From: Bugula neritina
Lineage: Eukaryota > Animalia > Bryozoa
Length of the DNA stretch: 64,000 nt
Direction of reading: 5' to 3'
NCBI GenBank assembly: GCA_964035545.1
Contig: OZ037765.1
Location: forward strand, 15,624,995-15,688,994
The notes under the pieces are model-generated. The model was not told the DNA's origin. It made no database searches and saw only the letters and a program-made list of their open reading frames with translations. Positions 37,201-47,400 of this stretch are shown one piece after another. The first letter of the stretch is position 1. Each line of letters begins with the position of its first letter. A program made the translations under genes and the position numbers.

Positions 37201-38223
37201 ACATAAGGATGGCTTTTCACCTGAACATAATCAAATGATACTGATCACAAAGGGATCTAAAACATATCAGCTAAAAGTTTGATCTATGATAACATTAAAC
37301 TGACTATTTAAGTTGGCAGCTGAAAAGGTAAATAGAAGTCTACAACACTAACTAAAGCTACAATGCAATGAAAAAATATAGTCAATTATTATAGTTAATT
37401 ATTATAGTTAATTAGGTAGTTGTAGTCATGAAGAAATAGATACAATAAATAAGTTAGCACTCACCTTTTCTACAACATATGTAGTACTTAGCAGGCAAAG
37501 TCGAACACACTTTAAAAGCGGATAAATATATTCTTTACGGTTACTAGCATCATAATCAATCCAGCGTATAATAATTTCAAAAACAGGCTCTTCAGTTTTT
37601 ACATTGAGCTCTTCATGAGATAAAATCTCTACTAACTCTTCCAGACTAAGAGACAGCAATTCAGTGCTCTTTTCACAAACATCTTGAAATTTTAGTAATA
37701 GATACCTCATAGCATCTTTGTCTAATTGAACACAAAAGTAGCAGCGGGCAAAGTTTCTTATACCAATACAATTTTCTACAGTGAGTTGAGACTTGAGGAA
37801 ACGACAGCAGGCTTTGAGTAAACTAATAATATGCAAATGGTCAGCAACAGGCAGAAGTTCCTCTACATTTTCAGCTGTTATTTCTATATCTCTAGTATAT
37901 GCAAATTCAATAATCATGCTCATTATTTTTGAAGATATATCTGGTATGGTAAGTACCTTCTGCTGAGTTTCATACAGTCCATTGGTGAAAAGTGCTCTAA
38001 AATAGGGGCTGCATGATGAGATGATTGGTCGGTGTACAGGAAATTGAACACCTTCAGCCTCAAGAATAGCATCGCAGAGCTGACCATTTTTTCGAAGCTC
38101 TGATAAAACATTACATGCTGTTGCACTAATCTTCTTTTGGCATAAATCGGTGTCAGATGTTGAGCCTAAGTTATTTACACATGAAAAGAATGACTGACCA
38201 TTAGATAATGCTCCTGTGCTCAT
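16259..38223 (-). CDS. KLHL10: Kelch-like protein 10 (BTB-BACK-Kelch, 616 aa, 9 exons)
   Basis: Exons 38223-37465, 37220-36965, 36432-36367, 36120-36039, 35951-35782, 35099-34941, 18261-18149, 16773-16682 and 16412-16259. Introns are GT-AG, phases are consistent, total 1851 nt. Diagnostic peptides: GGWSGGSPTN, YDTRADRW, PRAYHG, RCYVSV, RSDASATTL, WYDATDMNVYRSALS. Confidence 0.93.
16967..17448. mobile_element. MITE with GGGGTGTGTACCAA terminal inverted repeats
   Basis: GGGGTGTGTACCAA at about 16967 and TTGGTACACACCCC ending about 17448. Related ends occur near 17828 and 59966. Confidence 0.65.
17231..18037. repeat. About 250-bp inverted duplication with about 300-bp spacer in KLHL10 intron 7
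   Basis: 17231-17485 is the near-identical reverse complement of 17789-18037. This also shows as duplicated opposite-strand ORFs in the ORF track. Confidence 0.92.
18327..18514 (-). mobile_element. End of a non-autonomous DNA transposon family (TAGACGCTTTTCAC terminus)
   Basis: Reverse complement of about 26365-26553 and of the end of the 63243-63754 copy. Confidence 0.75.
18745..19816 (-). mobile_element. 5'-truncated Rex1/Babar-like LINE (RT C-terminal half, 3' UTR, microsatellite tail)
   Basis: FSSAFNTI, TGIPQGCCLSPLLFSIYT, KYADD, YLGV and PSGRYR motifs. Ends in AATAAA plus (TCAA)n on the minus strand. Confidence 0.88.
19817..25850 (+). mobile_element. Decayed Gypsy copy D (same family as A and C), partial 5' LTR, 3' end lost; right boundary approximate
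   Basis: LTR end CACAACA at 19996, PBS TGGTGGCAGCAG, gag from 20056 homologous to copy C gag, fragmented pol collinear with copy A, and ORF3 remnant APGSPGMQSL at 25678-25707. Confidence 0.9.
26021..26553 (+). mobile_element. Dispersed non-autonomous DNA element, copy 2
   Basis: Aligns along about 520 bp with 63243-63754 and ends GTGAAAAGCATCTA. Confidence 0.8.
26560..26960 (+). pseudogene. Degenerate RTE-clade LINE 3' fragment (boundaries approximate)
   Basis: Translates to YKTSIRPAVLCGNE (from 26598) and RMNTTEMRMLR, typical of the RTE post-RT region. Confidence 0.7.
27242..27968 (-). mobile_element. Truncated inverted copy of the MITE at 32142-33245
   Basis: Starts TAGCTTATTCAAAC and is the reverse complement of about 32560-33245. 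Confidence 0.85.
28615..29527 (-). pseudogene. ORF3 zinc-finger/coiled-coil homolog of copy C (frameshifted)
   Basis: WVTPETERKIK, CQIC-x12-H-x3-H, FCPCG..H..C and YVVDADLYPEFLTLIRPLV in one frame. The basic patch and coiled coil are in the adjacent frame (28615-28959). Confidence 0.85.
30920..31759 (-). CDS. gag: Gag (capsid region) of copy C, truncated by deletion into pol
   Basis: ATG just downstream of the PBS. YRLKAPTFTGEEEVEQFI and LRARFG blocks match copy D gag. Confidence 0.85.
   Translation of the reverse strand: METEDAGMQPQPVEGERKDEVIPVNHVVEERRVPRELNEDRYRLKAPTFTGEEEVEQFIQEFSDVMDVAQWPPRVALLKLRMSLMNKAKPYGLGLDIDSIFASLRARFGISAIDARARLQRLRRDPHTSLQEHATTVMKLAQIAYSDLPQANRERYTLDAFVQSVNDLGLHHQFLARGVTTVEGALAEGEAYLLANQMHKNRGNSRQVEIEPADTAAEQEAEPSTTAVVAQLTVASKVAQLTDMLAKLIATLKHQTPVGTAYEPSQPPAPPPERRGDGS
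32142..33245. mobile_element. MITE (1104 bp) with TAGCTTATTCAGACA termini and 3-bp TSD TAA
   Basis: TIRs at both ends, TAA at 32139-32141 and 33246-33248. It interrupts the GACTAAAATGG motif of the neighbouring foldback element. Confidence 0.85.
33249..34901. mobile_element. Foldback-type non-autonomous DNA transposon with long inverted arms and repeated GACTAAAATGGGTGTC motifs
   Basis: About 33250-33720 is inverted at about 34430-34866. The right terminus GTCGTGTCTGAAAAAGCTA shares the TIR of the adjacent MITE. Confidence 0.85.
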
Positions 38224-38466
38224 GATTAAAAACTTTATAAATTTCAGATTTTTTTAATTACAAGCATTTCATATTTTTATAATTGTTTTTACGTTTGTAT
38301 TATTAGAAATATTTTGGAATTTAAGCTATGTGCATATTAAGTATGCAAAAAATTGGTTTAAAATTTGATTCAAAAGACCATCGACATACACTATCAGCAC
38401 TAATTATTACTTGTATAATTACAATGAATGGCATCATATAGCTTAACTAAAATTCAATCAACAAGG

Positions 38467-41400
38467 CTAGCACTTTTCTGTCAACAGGGCTTTCATTTCC
38501 TCAGCTGTTATATTGCTGCCAGTTAATACAATAACTAGGTTTTTATTTGATACATTAGGAATCTTTTTAAACATAAAAGCAGCAAATGCGGCTGCACCAG
38601 ATGGTTCTACCACTAGTCCGTGATTATAAAGGGCTTTAACTGCAGCGACAATTTCTCCATCACTAACCAATAAGATTTCATTTACATTACTTTTACAGAC
38701 TTCATAAGCATGTTTCCCTAAAAACAAAAACAAAACAACTGTTTAAAATTATGAAGATTTATAATAAAGCTTAACAAAAAGACTGACTGATGAAAAGTAT
38801 AATTCGGTTCCCGAGCCACTAAATGTTGGAACAACCAACTCAAAGGAAACGTTTTATTAATCCTAGCAAATCTAGAATACCTGCATATGGTGGTGAAAGC
38901 CCTGTAGCAATACTGTTTGAGGAAGATAAGGTAACAGCTTTCCCAGCTTCAAAGCTTCTATACATGCTATTGGCTAATAAATAAAATAAATAAAATATAA
39001 AAACTAATCACTAGCAAACTTTCAAAAATGATTTCCTTTCCATTTTCAGAAGTTTTCTCTTTCAAAATCAGTTATATTTAAATATGTAAAAGTTAGTTAA
39101 ACATATGACTAATGAAGCAAAAAAACATTTGTATATAACTTTGTTGAACAAATGAGTTTGTTGCAAAAACTTGAAGGAAACTCACAAAAATTTAAAAAGT
39201 AAGTCACAAAGCTGCCAAATATAGTTCACTTTTTTGCATAGTTGTACAAAAAACACATACACATGCTTCGCACACACACATAGAATATCAGAATTCGGCC
39301 ATTTTGTCCCTATACTATAAAAGAAATTTCTCCCCACTGGAATCCGAACCTGAAATCTTTGGCACGCTAACCATTACACCACAGTGACTACTGGGTAATC
39401 ACTACACATACACATAAGCTACAAAACATGGGTTCAAGCTCTTCTCGTAACCTATAGAATTCTGTGAGAGCTAGAACTGTGAGATTTGGAGGGAGCACTG
39501 TAGTCTGTGCTGGCAAGGGAACACATTCTAAAACAATGGCTGTCCACAGATTGAGGTATAATGCTTTCACTTTAAGCTCAGCAATGTGAGTCAGAGATTT
39601 AGCTCTTTAACCATGGTCATAAACTCAAGCGGCTAGCATTATGTAAGGCTTGCGACTTCTTGAGCCACCTAAGCTCTCTAGCTTAAATTAACACACTTTT
39701 TATATACGCTCTAGTAGATCCATGAGTTTCTTCCATTTCGAAGGTGGAGGTCATGGTGAGTAGTAGAACTTTGATGGCTCTGGCTCATTTTTCTGGCTCA
39801 CTTTTACACAAAACACAGAAATCCGTGCACGCTTTGAGCGGTAGGGACAACTCCAAAAAATGGATTAATTTATTATAAATTCTGGACCACCAATGATCCT
39901 GAGAAATGCAGGAATCTGCGCACGCATGAGACAACTCTAAAAATGAATCAGGACACTCAATGACTCTTGATTTCGTGCACGCATGAGAGTAGAGCAATGT
40001 GCAATATAGTTTACATTAAATACCTAGTTTCTATATACAGCAATGCTCTATGTATTGAGATACTAGTGATGCAATGCCTTAAAGTTCTATAGTATTAGCA
40101 ATTGAGATAACTCTTGATAGCAACTGACCTAGCAGTGTTATGACTAGTCATGTACATAAGTAGTAATGTTGGTGCAGATTATTTCACATAGTTAAAAGAA
40201 TTTTTGTATAATAAAATGGGGAACGCTGTATAATGGGCAAGCGCGATAAGCTCTTAGGACCGGTTAATTCGCGTGCTAATCAGCAGCCTGTGCGGCAAAC
40301 TTCATTGATGAATTGTTTTTTTATTTCTACCCATTTTATTATATAGAAATTGATTATCATATACTTAAAAAAAATTTTATATAATAAATGGATAAAACTA
40401 AGAAACACTTTTCAACAGTCAAGAACCTCAGGGCCTTGGCTAAACTAAGAGGCCTAAAAGGATACTCTTAACTTAAAAAAGCTGAACTCATACAGCTATT
40501 GACTCCTGCAAATATTATGGATGAGCCGGTTCCCAATGTTGGACAAGCTCCGCTAATACCTCAAGATGTAAAGCGTGGTGAAAGAAATATGATGACTGAA
40601 GCCAAAGAAAATACACGACTTAGAGAAGTGGATTACAAGTTATATACCCACACTAAAAGCCATAGATCCGGCTATAAAATCGTTTAAGGAAAAAATTATA
40701 GCATTGTATAATCAACCTAAAACTAAGCCCGTGCTAAAAGAGCGAGCCGTTAGAGGTTGGTTTCAAACCTATGAAATTCAGGGTTTGTTTACCAAAGCAC
40801 GATCTCGAGTCATTTGTCAAATTAGTAAAACCAAAAGTGTTAACATTGTTGAAATCTTCTATAAGTTTAAAAATTATGCCATTTCCGTCGAGTGTTGAAA
40901 TTGTATTAGAGTTTACGGATGTCTCTGAATTGTAGCAGCCGTGGTCTAGGGGTTAGAGCGTTTGCTTGGTGAACACGAGGTCATGGGTTCGAGCCCGGAC
41001 AAAGGCCATTGGTGATGTTAGGAAGAGCATTCAGTCATAATTTCTCCTGTGCCTCATTTAAATATGTCCTTAGCCCGCTTTAACAAAAACCCTTTCCACC
41101 AGGGGTTTCTCACAGGGATAGTGACTATAAACTTGCGTGAGTTTTTTTCTAAATTGTATGATTTGATGATCAAAAAAGCAAAAAGAAATTTAGCTGCGCT
41201 CAATGCGAGAGGGAGCAACTGGATATTTAAATCTATCATAAAAATGGAAATTAACATTGACAAATATCAACCTCTAAGAGGATCATCGTGGATCGATCTT
41301 CTGAAAAAAAAAACCACAAAAAGCGTAATAAACCCAAAGATAAAGATGTAGAATGCTTCACATGGGCTGTTTTGGCATCACTCTTTCCAGCCGATGATCA

Positions 41401-44400
41401 TGCGGAAAGAATATCTAAATACAGGGGGCACGTTGACAAAGTATCATAGAAAGGCGTTGAATTCCCGGCTAATAAAAAATCTATTGAAGCCTTTGAAGAA
41501 GCTAATCCTAATATCGGGGCAAATGTTCTGGCATGAGATGGTGCAGTAGTGTACCTGTAGAGTTTATCTAAAAATCAAGAAAAACGGTAAATTTACTTCT
41601 TATAACCAATGAGAATGGTAGTCACTACGCATGTGTTAAAAATTTGAGCAGACTGCTTAGCTCACAAGTAAATAGTAATGTAAGTGCGATGAATTTTTGT
41701 TTAAATTGCACGCAAACGTTTTGGTCAAAAGATTCTTTGGAAAAACATCAAGAATGGTGTTTGTTAAACGATGATGTGGATATGATGTTTCCAAAACCAG
41801 AAGATGAAATAAAACTTAATTCTAACCACTATTGCCGTAAAATGAGAGTTCCATTTGTGGTGTACACTGATTTTGAGTGTTTTACCAAACCTGTAGCCGT
41901 TAACCTAACCCTCAAGAAAGTTATACTCGAGAATATCAACAACGCAACCAAAAGTAATACTGTAATAAATATGAGTCATTCCCCTTGGCCCTTTTCTCCT
42001 GTGGCTAGTACTGTAGTTATAGCCAAGTCTGTGACGTAACTTTCTAACACTTTAAATGCTATGACTATTGTTTAAGCTTTTAGCGTAGTGAATAGATAAT
42101 CCTCTTTTCCCTAATTATAAGTACAATACGCATACACTTGGTTGAGTTCATTTCTTTTTATTTATGTAAACCAGCAGATAGACCGAGTTCGGCAGGAATG
42201 CAGGCAGACCGAATGTCGGTTCTCGACATTTCCAGTGTCGGTTGCTAGCATGACGAATGTCGGCATTTCCTGCCGAATGTCGGCCCGCTGTCGGTGGAAG
42301 GTTCTAGAAGTCCTTTGTTCTAATAGCATAAAAGAACACACATTTTCGAGCTTCAGTCACTTGAAGACTGGAGCCGGGACTGGATACATCTCTACTACAA
42401 TAAAGGGAATTCAACACTCTCTCTTGCCTCTTCTATAACAAGGAGTTATGTTCTCTGCCTGATTTCATTCTATAACCCACAAACTACTACAATACTAAGC
42501 GATTAGAAGATGAAAACGTGGGGCAAATATTTGTGGAAAATATAGAAAACGAAGTTAGACAACTGTATAAAAAGCATAAATTTCCAAAACCTATAAAACT
42601 CACACCAAAAAAGAATTTATCGTTTTGAGCAGTTAAGATTTGTCACATATGCGAAAAAGAATTAGGCGACGACAAAGTACGAGATCATTGTCATTTAACT
42701 GGAGGTTTTCGAGAAGCGGCTCATAATAATGGCAATCTGAATTATAAGATTCCGAAATTTTATCCGGTGTTTATTTACAACTTGTCCAGATACGATGCTT
42801 ACCTGTTCATTAAGAATTTAGGGGATGGTAAAATTTTGTGTATCCGAACAACGAAGAAAAGTACATATCTTTTAGTAAACAACTAGTAGTAGATGAATTT
42901 ACTGACAAAAAGGATAAAAAAGTTGAAGTTAAACGAGAAATTCGATTTTTAGACACGTTCAAATTTATGAGTTCTTCATTAGCGAAATTATTTGAGAATA
43001 TAAAGCGTGACGACTTTAAACATTTGAAAAAATATTATCTCGAGAAACAATTAGATTTATTATTAAGAAAAGAAGTTTTTCCGTACGATATTTTAACAAT
43101 CAATCGGTGTTAGATGAAATTTCTTTACCGTCAATAGAAAAGTTCTATTCGAGTTTGACTAAAAAAGGTATATAGAATAAAGACTATACCCACGCTCGAG
43201 ATGTCTAGAAAGTGTTTAATATGAAGACTTTTAAAGATTACCACAATTTTTATATGAAAGTTGATGTGCTACAGTTAGCGGATGTGTTTGAGAATTTTAG
43301 AGACGCATGTCTCAAACACTATTAATTGGACCTGGCTTAGTATTATACTGCTCCTGGCCTGTCGTGGGAGGCTATGCTTAAAACGACTGAGCTAGAGTTA
43401 TATCTGATTACCGATGTCGAAAAATTACTTTTCTTTGAGAAAGGGATTAGAAGTGGATGTATCAATTTTGTGACAGTGTCTGGGTGACTTAGATTGTGAT
43501 GTACTTTATCTATTAGCAACAGGTTCTTAAGTTTATTGACTATCGAATCGTACCCTTGAAATATAATGGGAAAAATAGAAATTATATAAACTGCTGTAAG
43601 TAACAATATAAATCAAAAAGTCAGAGAAACACCATGAAAACAGCACAGATCCAAACAAGATGACATTAGCTATTGTAATTCAAATGAAACTTACAAAATT
43701 GATGCACAGATAAGATTCTTTGTCATCCCAATGTCAAAACCGGTGGTCTATTCAGAGTGTAAATGTTAGAGTATAAAATTGTGTTTGTATAATATTGTAG
43801 CAAATGTAGTGAGTCTTCGATTGAAAGAGGGAAGTTAATAAATGTTTCTTTGCAGCTACTTAATCAGAACACACTGACCTGTGCTGTGCTAGGAACAGTG
43901 AATTGTAGTAACAGCATAGCTAGCTGAGAATAGATTTTGATGAATGTTTTAATAAAGCAAGAAAGCTTCAACGATTGGTGGCATACCAATACAGTGGAGT
44001 AAGCATGATTAGTCATAGACACCTCGAGCGAATAACGAGTACATGAAAAATTATATTCCTTATAAGTCTACGAGTTATATCACGTACTTGGACGTTAACA
44101 ATTTATACGGGTGGGCTATGTCTCAAAAGGTACCAGTTGGCAAATTTGAGTGGATGACCGATGAGCACTGTCAAAACCTAGAGAAAGGTGGAACTTTACC
44201 ACCTAGCTTTTTAGAGGTAGATTTGGAGTATTCTAACACTCTACATGACCTTCATAAAGAATTTTCATTTTGCCCAGAAAGGCTAATGATTAACGTGGTA
44301 GAAAAATTAATTCCAAACTTAAGAGATAAAAAAATTATGTTTTACACTATAAGGCGCTAGAGCAGTGTCTTAAATACGGCTTAAAACTTACAAAGATTCA

Positions 44401-47400
44401 TAGAGGCATAACTTTTGACAAATCTGATAAACTTAAAGACTACATAGACAAAAATACGGAGCTGCGAGCTCAAGCTCAAAATGATTTTGAAAAAGACTTT
44501 TTCAAGCTAATGAATAACTCGGTGTTCGGTAAGACAATGGAAAATATTCGTAATTGAATCGACGTTAAACTCATTAGCGAAGAAAGTCAAGCCAAAAAAT
44601 TAACGGCTCAATCAAACTACAAAGGCCAAACACTATTTTCTAATAATCTCATAGCCGTTCCTATGAAGTTAACGAAACCCGTATATTTAGGAGCAGCGAA
44701 CTTGGATAGCAGCAAAACATTAATGTAGGACTTTCACTATGGCTACATTACACCAAAGTATGGTACAAATGCGCAGTTGTTTACAGACACGGATAGCCTA
44801 ATGTATCACATCAGATTGATGATTTTTACAAAGACATATCTCAAGATGTAGAATCTCTGTTTGATACGGGTAATTATTTGAAAGGCCATAAATCGGGTAT
44901 ACCAATAGGCAAGAACAAAAATAAAATAGGTATGTTTAAAGATGAAACCGGTGGTAAACAAATCATTGAGTTTGTAGGTCTTCGCGCCAAGTTGTACTCT
45001 TACAAAATGGATTACTCGATAGAAGAGAAAAAGTGCAAAGGAATTAACAAATCTACACAAGACAAATGTATAACATTTGACAACTATCTAGAATGAAAAG
45101 AAATGAAGTGTTATATTCTTTCCAAAGTCAAATAATTGAGTTCAACTAATATTGTAACCTGATTAGTTTTAAACTTCTGAGTCATCTTAGGATCTTTTGT
45201 AAAATTATAAAATTTATTAAATAATGTGAAGTCTCCTAAAGTTACTGGAGTAAGTTTCATAGTGTATACGTGATATTCAATAGTAATAGATAAGTGTCAA
45301 CTGATACTCTGAAAGACTTCTAGAATTACTCAGTAATAAGACCTCTCTGCAACACTATTTAGTCTACTTAGAGGGTGTCTAAGTATAATTACTCATGACT
45401 TTTATAACTAGTCTAGGTTTGACAAAAATTTACACTTTTCATTAATTCCCCATTAATACTTGCTGTTGCTTAGTCTGCAACTGCTTATCCCATTTGTAAC
45501 CAGTTCCACAGTGTAGGCTGCAACAAGAAAGGGCAGGTTGTGAACAATAAGAGGATTATCTTCTCTTGTTGTCCCTGTTGCTACTGAAGTTAACAGTCCA
45601 TCCCTTTTAAGACAGCAACCATACACTTATATCAATAACACCCATAAGTAGTTGCGTAGGGCGACGTTTGACCACCCACATACCGTAAAAATCACCTAAA
45701 ATACCGCCGAAAAATTATTTCAAAAAACATGGAAAAAAACGTCGGCCTTTGAAGAAATACTAATAGAGGTTTAGGAACAAAACTCCAAAAGAAACAGAAA
45801 ACATAAAGAAAGATCTATATATATATATATCTAAAGAGTTTAGGACAGTTTAGTAGTAGCTTTCATAGAGTGAGGTTGTGCTTTTTCTTGCTCTCTCTTA
45901 ATGCTTTAAAACAGCTTACTCAATTTTAGCACTGTACTTATCTAGTTCTACATTACTGAATAACTACATTACCTAAATAACTCTTTTTGTATTGGATTCT
46001 GGATACAGTTACACTATACAGCTACAGCTAGAAGAGAGGATGGTGATATACATATGAGCCACCCTCGAATCGGGTAAGTGTCCAGTACACTTTATTATGG
46101 GTGCCAAGAAAGCATTAAAGTTAACATCAGCTTCTGAAAATGATGATAGCGCTAATACGGGGATAGCGGAGATTAACCAAAAACTAGATACTATCATTGG
46201 CAAACTAAACAGCATTGAATTTCGCCTAAATTTAATGGAACAGAAGCAAACTGATTTTGAAAAATCTCTAGAACATGCTCATGAACTAAAAGAATATCTT
46301 CAGACTGAACATAAAACATTGACTACTTCTGTTAACAATATAGAGCTTAAACTTGAAACCTTCAAAGGTTTGGAAAGCCGAGTCGAAGCAGCTGAATGTG
46401 TTAAACTTAATGGAATTCCATTAATTGATTCAGAGGGTCTTTTGACTGCATATCAAAAACTAATTCGTCTGTTAAAATCCCCTTTGCTACCAATTTCTGG
46501 GATGGACAAAACGTACAGTATTAGAAAAACTAAACGTATCATCATCAAATTTACTCAAACTACTCAACGAAATGAGTTTTTTCATCAATACCGGAAAAAT
46601 GTTTATCAATGAAGTACTCAGCCGATCCCAAAACACACTTTTCTGGATAACCTGCAATTTTAAAGTTAACAACAATTTTAAATATGTGTGGACTAACAAC
46701 CAGCGAATCTACTTACGAAGGGACTCAGAATCTGATGCAATTCAAATTAACTCTGGGGAAGACTTGGAGACTCTTAGTTCTAGTTCAAATCTCTAAGTGC
46801 TAGCTCTAAAATAACAGCTTTTGACATTGATTGCCAAAGTTACTTCTTGGAAGATTTACAATTTCATGACAGTTTTTTTTCTTAATAAGCTTTTGATTCT
46901 TAATGTCAATTGTCAAAGTTTTCGTAACAAATTTAACTTCTTTGAACAATTTCTTTGTTGTAGTATTCCTTTTGATATTATATGCGTAACAGAAATGTGG
47001 CTAAACAATGACAAATTGCCTTTTTTTAAATTCTCAAATTAGACTTTTTCAGGTTCACAAAGAAGTACACATGGAGGTGGTGCTCGGGTCTATGTGCGGA
47101 ACGACATAGCTGTGGAGGTGCTCCCGGTTGTGGTGCTTGTGGTTCACTCTGTTAGATTAGACTTTGGTGTATCAGCTCCACCTGTTGTTTTAACAGTTGT
47201 GTACAGACAGCCCAGCTTGGGTGTTGTGGAATTTCTTAATGACTTTGAACTACACATCTCTACTACACAAGCAAGTAATAATATTATTATTATCAATACC
47301 CTTGATCCTAGCAATGAAGACTACTCAATTTTGTTAGCCACTTGTTGCTTCTATAACATCATCATTCCAACCCATTATTTTAAACCCTCTAACAAATGGA

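Larger units (their letters stand above)
40388..45096 (+). pseudogene. Decayed Polinton/Maverick (adintovirus-like) protein-primed DNA polymerase B
   Basis: N-terminal TVKNLRALAKLRGLKGYS*LKKAELI, then RGSNW/YQPLRGSSWIDL, endonuclease VII-like CHICEK..VRDHCHLTG (about 42642), YLDVNNLYGWAMSQ, KLMNNSVFGKTMEN, TDTDSL and EFVGLRAKLYSY. Many stops and three insertions. Confidence 0.9.

Noticed and set aside
40932-41010. Functional tRNA gene
   Set aside because: A and B boxes are present, but the acceptor and anticodon stems do not pair well and a SINE-like body follows.
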